64,000 nucleotides of DNA, taken from NCBI GenBank assembly GCA_963833095.1, contig CAWHWQ010000001.1, positions 192,001-256,000 on the forward strand, given 5' to 3'. This stretch comes from Vulcanimicrobiota bacterium (GTDB taxonomy: Bacteria; Vulcanimicrobiota; Vulcanimicrobiia; Vulcanimicrobiales; Vulcanimicrobiaceae). The notes under the pieces are model-generated. The model saw only the letters and a list, made by a program, of their open reading frames with translations, did no database searches and was not told the DNA's origin. This document shows positions 39,148 to 48,863 of the stretch, piece after piece (within the stretch, counting starts at the first letter, position 1; each line of letters opens with the position of its first letter). The translations under genes and the position numbers were made by a program.

Positions 39148-39993
39148 TTAGGGCACGATGGCGAAGATCCCGATAGCCCCCGGTCCCATGTGCGCCGCCA
39201 CAGTCAGCGATCCCTCATGGATGAGCTCCTGCACCGGCGGATGGCCGAGCTTGGCTTCCAGCGTTTTGCGCGCGCTCTCCAGCATTTGCGGATTCTCGAC
39301 GTGGCCAAGCGCAATGCGCGCTTTAGGCGAGCGATCGATGCTTCGCACGACCGCGTCGACCATGATCTCAACGGTTTTTTCAAAGGAAAAGCTCTGACCA
39401 GCGGGCCCAATCGCGCCTTGCTCGTTCATTTTGAGCACCAGGCTGACGTTGAGCATGGATCCGAGCGCAACGACAGCCTTGGGCAATCGTCCGCTGCGTC
39501 CCAGCACCGTGAGATCGGGCACGGCGAAGTACACCGCGTACGTAAGTTCACGGGGATCGACTTTCTTTGCGATATCGGCAGTCGACGCGCCTTGATCGGC
39601 GAGTTCCTTTGCGTACAGCGTAAGCAACGCTTCCATTCCGGATGCGCCTCGCGAATCCACGACGACCACTTTGCTCCCGAACTCCTTGGCGACGTTGGAC
39701 GCGCGCGCGTAGTTTTCGGAGATTTGCGACGATAGCGGAATCACCACTGCTTCGTTCCCGGCACCGACGATGCGCGCGAAGGTCTCGCGAAATTGTTGCT
39801 CCGTCGCCGGCTCCGTCTTCGGGATCTCGCCCGCGTTCATGCGTGAGAAAAAGGTCTTGCGATCGATATCGATCCCGTCGCGGTAGCGCTCCTCACCAAA
39901 AAGGATCCATACCGGCACGATCTCAATACCTAGCTTGTCTGCCTCGCCGCGCGAAAGATCGCATCCGCTGTCGGTTACGATCGTGGTTGCCAT
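39148..39993 (-). CDS. DegV-family fatty acid-binding protein (FakB-like)
   Basis: IVTDS.CD, SGR, AHMGPGAIG. Confidence 0.92.
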   Translation of the reverse strand: MATTIVTDSGCDLSRGEADKLGIEIVPVWILFGEERYRDGIDIDRKTFFSRMNAGEIPKTEPATEQQFRETFARIVGAGNEAVVIPLSSQISENYARASNVAKEFGSKVVVVDSRGASGMEALLTLYAKELADQGASTADIAKKVDPRELTYAVYFAVPDLTVLGRSGRLPKAVVALGSMLNVSLVLKMNEQGAIGPAGQSFSFEKTVEIMVDAVVRSIDRSPKARIALGHVENPQMLESARKTLEAKLGHPPVQELIHEGSLTVAAHMGPGAIGIFAIVP

Positions 39994-40005
39994 CTGCGTC
40001 CCCCT

Positions 40006-40860
40006 TTACGTGTCTTGCGCAACCGCAATACCGACGGCACCCGGGCCGGCATGCGTCGCGATCACCGGACCCGCCTCGAGGATGTCGAGAAGTCGCGGCT
40101 GCGCGCCGCCCAGCCGCGCGCGCAACTGCTCCATGACTCCATCCGCCAAAGGCGGTGCGTCGGTGTGCATAATCAAAAACCGTGCTTTGGAAACGTCCGT
40201 GACGGCTGCCAAGGCAAGGTCGACCATCGTCGATTGCGCGCGTGTGAACGTGCGCACCTGCGCTTCGGCGGAAACTTGACCGTCTTTGAGGACGATCACC
40301 GGAACGATTTTCATAAGTGTACCAAGCACCTGTTGGGCCTTCCCAATGCGTCCGGTGCGTTGCAAGTGCGAAAGGTCCGAGATGCAGCAGTAGATTCGCT
40401 GCACGGTGCGCTCGCGATCGAGCGCGGCAAGAAGGTCCTCCCAACTCGCACCGGCAGCGATCAGCTCCTGCGCGCGCATTGCCATTATGCCTAGGCCCCC
40501 CGCGGCGCTCTCCGAGTCGTAGACGACGATCTTTGCGCCGGGAAACTGCTGCGCGGCTGCCTGCGCTGCGTTGATCGTTCCCGAAAGATACGACGAGATG
40601 GTAAGACAGAGTATTTCGTTCCCGGCTTGCACGAGCGGACGAAACGCATCTTCGAACATTTGCGACGTGGGTTGCGATGTGGTCGGCAGCGTCTTTTCGC
40701 TTGCGAGCATTTCGAAGAATTGGCGGCGGCTCAAGTCGAGAAAGTCACGGAAACTGCGATCGCCGAAGACCACGAAGAGCGGAACGATGGTTATTCCGAG
40801 AGCTGTCGCGCGCTGCGGGTCGATATCCGAGGTGCTGTCAGTGACGACGACGATCGACAA
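40006..40860 (-). CDS. DegV-family fatty acid-binding protein (FakB-like)
   Basis: VTDSTSD, PTTSQP, ISS.LSGT, L.RTGRI, THAGPG. Confidence 0.93.
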   Translation of the reverse strand: MSIVVVTDSTSDIDPQRATALGITIVPLFVVFGDRSFRDFLDLSRRQFFEMLASEKTLPTTSQPTSQMFEDAFRPLVQAGNEILCLTISSYLSGTINAAQAAAQQFPGAKIVVYDSESAAGGLGIMAMRAQELIAAGASWEDLLAALDRERTVQRIYCCISDLSHLQRTGRIGKAQQVLGTLMKIVPVIVLKDGQVSAEAQVRTFTRAQSTMVDLALAAVTDVSKARFLIMHTDAPPLADGVMEQLRARLGGAQPRLLDILEAGPVIATHAGPGAVGIAVAQDT

Positions 40861-40869
40861 TGAAGGTCC

Positions 40870-41898
40870 TTAAGCGCTTTCTACCGAGGTTTCGCGAGTG
40901 AGGTGCGGTGTGACTAGTTCCGCGATCCGGCCAACGACATCGTGTTCGACTTCGCTGATCGCGCTGAGAATTGCGCCCTTGATGCCTCGGCGCGAGACGC
41001 GCCCGTGCGTGTAGATGCAGTTCCCGCGTACGCCAAGCAGCGGCGCTCCGCCATACGTTTCGTAATCGAAACGCCGGCGTAAGCCGCGCAACGACGGCGC
41101 GAGCAAGGCTGTGCCGAGCAAATTCATGATGTTGCGGCGCAACAGCGTGTCTTTGACCACCTCGCTCATCGCTGCGACCATACCTTCGGCCGTCTTGAGC
41201 AAGACGTTACCCACGAATCCGTCGGTAACCACCACGTCGGCCACGTCGTGGAACATGTCCTTACCTTCGATGTTGCCGATGAAGTTGATCGGCGCCCGTT
41301 CGAGCAATCCGGCTGCTTCGAGCACCAGCGAATTGCCTTTGGTGCGTTCCTCTCCGATCGAGAGCAACGCGACTTTCGGGCGCTCGATGCCCAGCACGGC
41401 CGATGCGTAAGCGGAGCCCATGATGCCGAACTGCTCGAGCCACTCGGCGCGGCAATCGACGTTGGCGCCCGAATCGATCAACACCGTCCACCCGTGAACC
41501 GCCGGCCACACCGTGGCGATCGCCGGACGCGCGATGCCTTCGATCGTGCGAAGCTTGATCAGGGCGATCGCTAGGAATGCGCCGCTGTTTCCGGCGGATA
41601 CGACGGCATCGGCTTCTCCCGCTTTAATCGCGCTCACCGCCATGCCAAGCGAGGTGCGATCGGCGCTGCGCAGCGCTTGTGACGCATGCTGATCCATCGG
41701 CACAGACTCAGGTGAGTGCACGATCGAAATTCGCTCCGCGCCCTTCCCGCGCAACAGTGCGCGCACGCGCGCTTCGTCGCCGTACAGGGTGAGCGACGCG
41801 CCGGGGTACTCGTTCGCCGCGAGCAGCGCTCCGGCCACGATCTCATCGGGCGCGTGGTCGCCGCCCATGGCGTCGATCGCTATCCGTGGCTTATTCAT
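40870..41898 (-). CDS. plsX: Phosphate acyltransferase
   Basis: IAIDAMGGDHAP, SAGNSGA, DGFVGNV.LK, GGAPLLG. Confidence 0.97.
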   Translation of the reverse strand: MNKPRIAIDAMGGDHAPDEIVAGALLAANEYPGASLTLYGDEARVRALLRGKGAERISIVHSPESVPMDQHASQALRSADRTSLGMAVSAIKAGEADAVVSAGNSGAFLAIALIKLRTIEGIARPAIATVWPAVHGWTVLIDSGANVDCRAEWLEQFGIMGSAYASAVLGIERPKVALLSIGEERTKGNSLVLEAAGLLERAPINFIGNIEGKDMFHDVADVVVTDGFVGNVLLKTAEGMVAAMSEVVKDTLLRRNIMNLLGTALLAPSLRGLRRRFDYETYGGAPLLGVRGNCIYTHGRVSRRGIKGAILSAISEVEHDVVGRIAELVTPHLTRETSVESA

Positions 41899-43480
41899 CG
41901 AGCGAGATCCAGTACTCCGCGTTCTTCATGCCGCCATAATAGTATTCCACATCGGTATTCGCGTAGACCGCACTGAGCTCTTCGCTCAGACGTTGCGCAT
42001 CCTTCTCTCGCTGAGCGCCGCCATAGTACAGCGTGACCAGGCCTCCCTCGACGGCCCCCATCTCGCGCAGCGCCTCGATCGCCGTCTCACCAAGGGTCGG
42101 CGCAGCCACCAAGCTTCCATTGAGGCTCGCCGCTGGCTTTCCTCGCTCCACGCTGACCCCGCCGACGGTCGAATCCTTTCCGGCAAGGAAGAGCTGCGCG
42201 CTGCGCGCGCCTCGAGCGGCGGTCATAATCGCATCGTCGCTAGGAACGGCTTCGCCTGCCGAACGAATCGCAAAAAGTCCCGCGATACCCTCGACGATGT
42301 CCGCGGTCGGCATGACATGCATGCGCTTATCGGTCATTGCACCAAGCTCTTTGGCCGCCAGCGCCACATTCTTGTCGTTGACGAAAAGATAGACGTCGCT
42401 GCCCAGAGTCTTGTTGACCGCCAGCAGTAGGTCGCGCACACTCGGATTGCGTTCGCCGTTGATTGTGACTTCCGCGCCGAGCTCACGCGCAATCCGCTCG
42501 AAGCCGGGCCCCGGGACGATGGCGACAATCGAGTGTGACACGCTCGGCGGTTCAACGACCAGCAACTGATGCTGGCGTTCCATGTTATCGACTTTCACCC
42601 GTGTTAGCCGCCCGTGCCGTCCCGCAATGTCCTGGACGCGATCCGGATTGTCCGTGTGGATATGGACTTTGATCGTCGGCGGTGCGCCGATCACCAATAA
42701 CGACTCGCCGCGAGGTTCGAGCAGATGACGCAGATCGTGCGCGGTGACGGTAGCGTCTTGAAGGAGAAACTCGGTGCAGAATTTGTTTTCGCCGACCGTT
42801 TGCGCCGGCGTAAAGACGCTTTGACGCACCGGACGCCGCGGAAATGCCGTCGTGCGCGAGCGCGACTCGGGAAGAAAGCGCAGGATGCCTTCAATAAAAT
42901 AGACGAAGCCCGCGCCGCCCGAATCCACCACCTGCGCGTCTTTTAGCACCGGGAGCTGGTCTGGGGTGCGGTCGAGCGCCTCATTTGCTGCGCGAACGAT
43001 GCCGCCGCCGAGACGATAAAAGTCGCGCTCGTGCAATGCAAGCTTATAAGCCGCTTCCGCCGCTGCCTCGGCAACCGAGAGAATCGTCCCCTCAACTGGG
43101 CGCAGGAGTGCCTGCCGCGCCGCTGCGGCCGCTTCACGCATTGCCGTCGCGAGCACGAAGGTGTCGATCTCGCTGCGGTTGCGGACGTGATGGGCGAAGC
43201 CGCGCAGCATCTGGGAGATGATCACACCCGAGTTGCCGCGTGCGCCCATGAGGCTGCCTTGGGCCGCGGCGGCGGCGACCTCAGCGATATTGGTCGTATG
43301 GAGCTTGCCGGCTTCCAGCATGGCGGAGCGGACCGTCAGGTACATGTTCGTGCCGGTGTCCCCGTCGGGGACCGGGAACACGTTGAGGTCGTTGAGGACC
43401 CCTCGGTACTTCCGTAGGAAGTAGGTCCCGGCCGCGAGGAACTTGGCGTAGCCGCGGCCATCGAGGCTGGTGATGTCCAC
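41891..43480 (-). CDS. DAK2-domain fatty acid kinase subunit (FakA/YloV-like)
   Basis: [37 protein letters not shown]. Confidence 0.93.
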   Translation of the reverse strand: MDITSLDGRGYAKFLAAGTYFLRKYRGVLNDLNVFPVPDGDTGTNMYLTVRSAMLEAGKLHTTNIAEVAAAAAQGSLMGARGNSGVIISQMLRGFAHHVRNRSEIDTFVLATAMREAAAAARQALLRPVEGTILSVAEAAAEAAYKLALHERDFYRLGGGIVRAANEALDRTPDQLPVLKDAQVVDSGGAGFVYFIEGILRFLPESRSRTTAFPRRPVRQSVFTPAQTVGENKFCTEFLLQDATVTAHDLRHLLEPRGESLLVIGAPPTIKVHIHTDNPDRVQDIAGRHGRLTRVKVDNMERQHQLLVVEPPSVSHSIVAIVPGPGFERIARELGAEVTINGERNPSVRDLLLAVNKTLGSDVYLFVNDKNVALAAKELGAMTDKRMHVMPTADIVEGIAGLFAIRSAGEAVPSDDAIMTAARGARSAQLFLAGKDSTVGGVSVERGKPAASLNGSLVAAPTLGETAIEALREMGAVEGGLVTLYYGGAQREKDAQRLSEELSAVYANTDVEYYYGGMKNAEYWISLDE

Positions 43481-43516
43481 GGAGGAGCCGTCTGCGAGCC
43501 CCCGGCGCCGGAATCC

Positions 43517-43545
43517 TTGTCAAGGCCCAGGGGCCATGGTATCAT
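43517..43545 (+). promoter_or_regulatory. Sigma70-type promoter of rpmB
   Basis: TTGTCA-17 bp-TATCAT with extended TG. Confidence 0.6.
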
Positions 43546-43580
43546 CCGTAAGTTCGTGCCCAGGAAAGGACCCGACCCCG

Positions 43581-43772
43581 ATGGCGAAACGCTGCGACGT
43601 GTGCTCCAAAGGCCCGATGACGGGCAACAATGTGAGCCACGCAATGAACAAAACCCGACGCCGCTGGCTGCCCAATTTGCAGTCGGTGAAGGTTAATATT
43701 GGCGGCACCCATCGGACAGCCCGCGTGTGCGCGAAGTGCCTGCGTTCGAAGAAAGTCACTCGCGCCGTCTAA
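43581..43772 (+). CDS. rpmB: 50S ribosomal protein L28
   Basis: [29 protein letters not shown]. Confidence 0.98.
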   Translation: MAKRCDVCSKGPMTGNNVSHAMNKTRRRWLPNLQSVKVNIGGTHRTARVCAKCLRSKKVTRAV

Positions 43773-43814
43773 GGTCAGAAGAGCCCTGTGGGGCTCTCCC
43801 TCGAAAACCATTCG

Positions 43815-43846
43815 AAACGCCGCTTCCATGCGGCGTTTTTATTTTT
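43815..43846 (+). terminator. Terminator of rpmB
   Basis: aaacgccgc-ttccat-gcggcgtttttattttt. Confidence 0.8.
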
Positions 43847-43946
43847 GTCATCCCGAGCGTAGTGAGCAAGGCGAACGAAGTCGAGGGATCGGCACTACCT
43901 TTGAGGTGCTTCCCTCGACTGCGCTTCGCTACGCTCGGGATGACAA
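43845..43946. repeat. Full REP/MITE-like palindromic element
   Basis: ttgtcatcccgagcgtag...agtcgaggga / tccctcgact...ctacgctcgggatgacaa. Confidence 0.85.
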
Positions 43947-43950
43947 GTTG

Positions 43951-44379
43951 CTAATCAGCTGTCGCTCGTTCGAAGGACGCGAGATCCTGGAGTAATTTGG
44001 TTATCGCCTGCGGTTCGAGGGTGACCAAGTATTCGAGACGTACGTGCGAAGCCTCGATGCTCTTTAAACCTACGGCGCAAAGAACTGGTCCGCGCCGGCT
44101 GGGTGCGAACGACAGATCGAAGAGGCCGCCGGCGAACGAAAAATTTCCGGCGGGGCCGTTGCCTGAGTTGATTTGCGCGAGGTAGCTGCCCAGCGAGCGG
44201 AGTTCGTCCACGCGAATTGAGACCGGAAAGGTTGCGTCGACCGGCGGCGCGACTGCGTGAACAAAACAGTCGAGCAGATCCATGCCCTCTGGTTCAGCCA
44301 CTTCGGGGTGCACGTAACCAGCGATCTGAATCGCGACGTGCGGATCGCCCTCGCCGATCCGAATCGTGTGCGAGGTCAT
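43951..44379 (-). CDS. Hypothetical protein, possibly WapI-like immunity fold
   Basis: 142 aa, coupled to the upstream kinase; pattern I..DEL..L...L...F.L.F...RG...L.Y resembles WapI-like proteins from memory. Confidence 0.4.
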   Translation of the reverse strand: MTSHTIRIGEGDPHVAIQIAGYVHPEVAEPEGMDLLDCFVHAVAPPVDATFPVSIRVDELRSLGSYLAQINSGNGPAGNFSFAGGLFDLSFAPSRRGPVLCAVGLKSIEASHVRLEYLVTLEPQAITKLLQDLASFERATAD

Positions 44380-45329
44380 CCGTAGATAATTTTGTGTTTG
44401 GGCGGCGCGAATTTTAGACGCGGCCCGTCGGCGGCAGTCGCCTTGAGCATTTCGCTCTCGACGTTCGAACGTTCGCAGAAACGCATCGTGCGATCGTCGT
44501 CAACCTGATACCCGAGCGGATTCCATTTTGCGAGCGCTGCGATGGGATCGACGCTTGCCCCAGCATAGTTGGTCGTGTTCGCTACGGCGCGCGAGGCGAG
44601 CGCCGTGCTGAGCAACGTCGCTGCAAACGGCGATCCGCCCAGCGCCATGAACGCAGCGACCGATGCGGCGAACACGTCGCCTGCGCCGTGTGCCTGATAG
44701 CGAGGGAAGTACGGCCCATTGATGCGATGGTACGAATAGCCGTTCGAAAAGAGGCTGGTGGTGCGGTGCTTCTCCGGGTCGCGCGAGAACGACGTAATGA
44801 TCACCGCTTGCGGCCCTAGATCGAAGATCCCGTTGAGATAGGCGTGCTCGGTTAGCGTACGGTCGCCGGTTCCGAGCAAGACCTCGGCCTCGAAGCGATT
44901 CGGCGTGACCACCTGCGCCATCGGCACGAGCATGTCGCGAATTGCGCGCGCGGTCTCTTCGGAAACGAAGAGGCCCTTCTTGTATTCGCCGATGACCGGA
45001 TCGAGAAGCACGACGCCTTTAAAGTCGTGGAGCGCCGAGGCGACGACGTCGACGTGCATGGGCTTGGGCAAAAACCCGATGTGCAGAATTGCGGGGCGCG
45101 CGCGAACGACGAAATCGACGTCACGGCGGAACTGATTCACATCGGCAAGCGTCGTGGTTCGCCCGCTTACGCCGCTAGGAGCGCTAGCGAACTGGGATTG
45201 TGCGTGAACCAGCCGGGCCCCAAGAGCGTTTGCAATCGCGAACGCCGCCTGGTTGCCCAAAAAGCCCATTCCGACGCTGTTCTGAATGCTGCCGATGAGC
45301 GGAAACGATTGAACGTCGTCTTCGAACAA
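44376..45329 (-). CDS. Pyridoxal kinase-like (PfkB/ribokinase fold)
   Basis: SIQ.SV..G..GN, LDPVIG, TPNRFE, GAGD. Confidence 0.8.
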   Translation of the reverse strand: MFEDDVQSFPLIGSIQNSVGMGFLGNQAAFAIANALGARLVHAQSQFASAPSGVSGRTTTLADVNQFRRDVDFVVRARPAILHIGFLPKPMHVDVVASALHDFKGVVLLDPVIGEYKKGLFVSEETARAIRDMLVPMAQVVTPNRFEAEVLLGTGDRTLTEHAYLNGIFDLGPQAVIITSFSRDPEKHRTTSLFSNGYSYHRINGPYFPRYQAHGAGDVFAASVAAFMALGGSPFAATLLSTALASRAVANTTNYAGASVDPIAALAKWNPLGYQVDDDRTMRFCERSNVESEMLKATAADGPRLKFAPPKHKIIYG

Positions 45330-45340
45330 AGTTGCGTTCC

Positions 45341-46318
45341 CTATTGCGAAAAGTGATCCCAGCCGGTGCGCGCAATCGGCTCTTCTCGCCCTTGGTTCAC
45401 CATGACGACGCGCTCGTCCGCCCTGACCGTGCCCAGACGTTCGAGCGGTCGCCCAAACCGTACGTTAAAGCGCCGAGCCAGATGCGCAAAGGCGCGCGCC
45501 TCGATCGCGAGGAGCAGCTCGAAGTCCTCGCCGCCTGCCAGCGCATAGGCCATCGGATTCATGCCGAGCGCAGGCGCAGCCGCGGCCGCCGCATCGGCGA
45601 CCGGCACGCGCTCGATCGACGCGCCGACCCCACTTGCTCGCGCCATGCGCGCGAGGTCGGTTGAAAGACCATCGGAACAATCCATCATCGCGTGTACGTG
45701 CGCGCTGGCGCCGAGCCAACGGCCTTCGGCGACGCGCGGCTGCGGCGCCCGGTGCGCCGCTAACGCGGCCGCGGCCAGCGTAGCCTCCAGCTGCACGGCG
45801 CCTTGCAACAGGTCGAGCCCGGCACGGCTTGCGCCAAGCGCACCCGTGGTCGCAATGACGTCGCCGGGACGCGCGCCGCCGCGCGTCTTGAGGTTGCTTG
45901 GGCGCACTTCGCCGACAACGGTGATCGCGATCGTTAGCACGGGCGCGCGCACCAGATCGCCGCCGGCGATCTGCAAACCGAAGGCCTGCGCACAGCGCGC
46001 CATGCCGCCGTAACACTCTAGCAGTGCTTGCGATGTCCATTCCGGCGGAACGCCCAGTGCGACGGTTCCCAGGCGCGGACGCGCCGCCATTGCGGCAAGA
46101 TCGCTTAAGTTGGCTGCCATCGCGCGCCAACCGATATCGTCCGGCGACATCCAGGCACGTGAAAAATGGACACCTTCGATCAATGCATCAGTCGAAATAA
46201 CGCTGCGCTGCGAACGCGAGGGTTGCCACACGGCCGCATCGTCGCCGATCCCGATCAGCACCCGCGACGTGCCTGCCGTGAGCGCGGCGATGGCCGTTAC
46301 GAGCTCGTCTTCATTCAC
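45341..46318 (-). CDS. thiL: Thiamine-monophosphate kinase
   Basis: IGDDAA, NLSDLAAM, D.SDGL, GGEDFELL, GWDHF. Confidence 0.96.
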   Translation of the reverse strand: MNEDELVTAIAALTAGTSRVLIGIGDDAAVWQPSRSQRSVISTDALIEGVHFSRAWMSPDDIGWRAMAANLSDLAAMAARPRLGTVALGVPPEWTSQALLECYGGMARCAQAFGLQIAGGDLVRAPVLTIAITVVGEVRPSNLKTRGGARPGDVIATTGALGASRAGLDLLQGAVQLEATLAAAALAAHRAPQPRVAEGRWLGASAHVHAMMDCSDGLSTDLARMARASGVGASIERVPVADAAAAAAPALGMNPMAYALAGGEDFELLLAIEARAFAHLARRFNVRFGRPLERLGTVRADERVVMVNQGREEPIARTGWDHFSQ

Positions 46319-46970
46319 TAGCAAGACGGCGCATGACGCGCACGGTCGCGGCCGGATCGGTGGTGCCAAAGATACTCGAGCCCATGACAATGGCTGCGGC
46401 ACCGGCGTCCACGACGCGGCGAACGTTCTCGGTCCCGATGCCACCGTCAACTTCGAGAATACATTGCGGATTGCGCGCGTCGATCAACGCCCGCGCTTCA
46501 CGCAACTTCTCGAGCGAGCGCGGGATGAAGCGTTGGCCGCCAAACCCCGGGTTCACGCTCATGATCAGCACCAGATCGCAATCGTCGATGATGTCTTGCA
46601 GCATCGCAACGGGGGTCTGCGGGCAGATCGAGATCCCCGCTTTGGCGCCCAGCGAGCGAATATGCGACAGCAGCCGCTGGGCGTGCGGCGTCGCCTCGTA
46701 ATGAAACGTAATGATGTCGGCGCCGGCTGCGCGGAACTCGTCCACGTAGCGCTCGGGTTCGACGATCATCAGATGGGCGTCGAAGGTCAATTTTGAAAGC
46801 TTGCGCAGATCGCCGATGATCTTGGGACCCCAGGTGATGTTGGGCACAAACCTGCCATCCATCACGTCGAGGTGAAGAAAATCAGCGCCGCCCGCCTCAA
46901 CCGCAGCGATTTGGTCGGCGATGTGCGCAAAATCCGCCGAAAGCAGCGACGGCGCGATAATTACCGGCAT
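46311..46970 (-). CDS. rpe: Ribulose-phosphate 3-epimerase
   Basis: APSLLSADF, HLDVMDG.FVPN, MSVNPGFGGQ, VDGG. Confidence 0.98.
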   Translation of the reverse strand: MPVIIAPSLLSADFAHIADQIAAVEAGGADFLHLDVMDGRFVPNITWGPKIIGDLRKLSKLTFDAHLMIVEPERYVDEFRAAGADIITFHYEATPHAQRLLSHIRSLGAKAGISICPQTPVAMLQDIIDDCDLVLIMSVNPGFGGQRFIPRSLEKLREARALIDARNPQCILEVDGGIGTENVRRVVDAGAAAIVMGSSIFGTTDPAATVRVMRRLASE

Positions 46971-48037
46971 CACGGGCCTCCAGGCGAGGGAGAGGGCGTC
47001 GGTTTCTCGTCGTAGATCGCAGCGGGTTCGTCACCCAGTCGCGTCTCGCCCACCAGCGTGTTGTCGACGAAGAGATCGACGACCGACGTGCCGACTGCCG
47101 TAACGGTGAAGTCGAGCTTCTGTCCGGGTTGCGCAAAGGCACGGTACGCTTCGTACTCGCCGGTTGCGTCACGCACGCGCAACACGACCGTGACTGACTG
47201 ATCGGCCTGCGCGTCACCGCTAATCGGAATCGACGCCAGCACGTGGACCTGCCGGATGATATAGCCGGACTCGTTCGGTCCGGCGCTGACTTGCAGAGAG
47301 ACCGGCTCGTACGACGAGATCTTGGTATTCGGCGCAATCGACTGGCGTGCGACGAGACCATGCTTGGGGCCGTTCTTGCCCATAGGCGTCCAGACGATTT
47401 GGCCGAGCTTCACTCCGTCCTTGCTTGCGAGATTGCGCGCGTCGTCGATCATCAAGCCGGTAAACGTGGGGACGTGCACGATCTGCGCACCGCCTTTGCT
47501 GAGCACGAGGTTCACGCTTTCGCCATCGGTGACGTTGGTCAGCGGCGCAGGATCTTGCTCGATGACATGTCCGCCGGGAACCACGTCGTTCTTGACCGAC
47601 GTGACGTGTCCGAGAACGAGCCGCGAGCGCGAGAGGTCCAACTGCACTTCGCGCATCGACTGGTAGCGAAGATCGGGCATTACCCGCGTCACGATGCCGT
47701 CACTGATCACGAAGTCCACTTGGCGTCCCGCGCGCACAGTCGTTCCCGCATCCGGCCGCTGGCTCATCACGACGCCCTTGGGGTAACGATCGCTGGTCGC
47801 ATGGTCGATGACCTGCGCCGCGAGATGCATCTGTTGCGCTGCGGCACTTGCATCAGTCGCGGATTGACCGACGAATGACGGAACGGTAATCGTATCAGCC
47901 GGCGGGAGCAAGAATTCATAGATTTGGTGTCCGAACCACACGAGGACGGCCACGAACGCAGCGAGCACAATTGGAAAGATCCAATCGCGCGGGACGTATT
48001 GATGAACGAGGTCCTGCCAGTTGCGCGTCCTGTTCAG
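46970..48037 (-). CDS. Membrane-anchored PASTA-repeat protein without kinase domain; probable CTG start
   Basis: One TM then three PASTA repeats (VPSFVG, MPDL, VPTFTG); frame open upstream to a CTG overlapping the yebC stop. Confidence 0.85.
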   Translation of the reverse strand: MNRTRNWQDLVHQYVPRDWIFPIVLAAFVAVLVWFGHQIYEFLLPPADTITVPSFVGQSATDASAAAQQMHLAAQVIDHATSDRYPKGVVMSQRPDAGTTVRAGRQVDFVISDGIVTRVMPDLRYQSMREVQLDLSRSRLVLGHVTSVKNDVVPGGHVIEQDPAPLTNVTDGESVNLVLSKGGAQIVHVPTFTGLMIDDARNLASKDGVKLGQIVWTPMGKNGPKHGLVARQSIAPNTKISSYEPVSLQVSAGPNESGYIIRQVHVLASIPISGDAQADQSVTVVLRVRDATGEYEAYRAFAQPGQKLDFTVTAVGTSVVDLFVDNTLVGETRLGDEPAAIYDEKPTPSPSPGGP

Positions 48038-48768
48038 GTGAGCGCCTCCAGCGCTGCCTCACTCACGTCGAGATTGCTGAAGACGTGCTGCACGTCTTCG
48101 TGCTCTTCGAGCACGTCGAGAAAGGCGAGCGCGGCAGCGAGCTCGCTTCCCTCGGGAGCGACGGTCTGTTTGGCCCGAACGCCGAGATACACGTCGGCCA
48201 CTTTGAGCGCGCCGCGCAGCGCGTCGCGCGCGGCGGCAAGTTGCGTCGGCGCCGTATAGATGTAGGCGCGCGTCAGCGTGTAGTCGACGTCGATGACTCC
48301 GTCGACCAGCGCTGACTCGGTCAGCGCGTCTTCGGAGGCGCCTTGCGGGTCAACTTCAATGACGCCGACCGCGTCGAACATCCAGCCGACAGAACCGGTT
48401 TCGCCGAGTTGGCCCCCGTACTTGGTAAACATGAAACGGAATTCGCCCGCGGTGCGGTTGCGATTATCGGTGGCTGCATCGACCACGACCGCGAGCCCCG
48501 CGGGACCGTAGCCTTCGTAGCGGATCTCCTCGATCTCTTTTTCGCCCGTTCCGCCCGCGCGCGCGATCGCGCGTTTGACGTTGTCGGAGGGCATGTTGTG
48601 CTCGCGCGCTTTTTCAACTGCGATCTTCAAGCGATGGTTGGATTCGGGATCCGGCGATCCCGATTTCGCCGAGAGCGTAATCTCGCGGCTAAGGCGGGTA
48701 AAGAGCGCACCGCGCTGCGAGTCGGTCTTGCCCTTATCCAGCTTGATATTTTGCCACTTACGACCCAT
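48034..48768 (-). CDS. yebC: YebC/PmpR-family protein
   Basis: KWQNIK, YEGYGP.G, TDN.NRT, DVQ.VFSN. Confidence 0.95.
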   Translation of the reverse strand: MGRKWQNIKLDKGKTDSQRGALFTRLSREITLSAKSGSPDPESNHRLKIAVEKAREHNMPSDNVKRAIARAGGTGEKEIEEIRYEGYGPAGLAVVVDAATDNRNRTAGEFRFMFTKYGGQLGETGSVGWMFDAVGVIEVDPQGASEDALTESALVDGVIDVDYTLTRAYIYTAPTQLAAARDALRGALKVADVYLGVRAKQTVAPEGSELAAALAFLDVLEEHEDVQHVFSNLDVSEAALEALT

Positions 48769-48863
48769 AGCTAGCCTCTAACATGTATTCTCTTACTTCC
48801 CATGGATAGGATCGATTTCTTTCAGGCTTAGGCATGGAGGGCCGAAGTGCGGAAGAAATCGGA

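Noticed and set aside
48770..48862. Riboswitch upstream of yebC
   Set aside because: Only one imperfect stem (cgatttct/agaaatcg) in an AT-richer spacer; no recognisable aptamer motif
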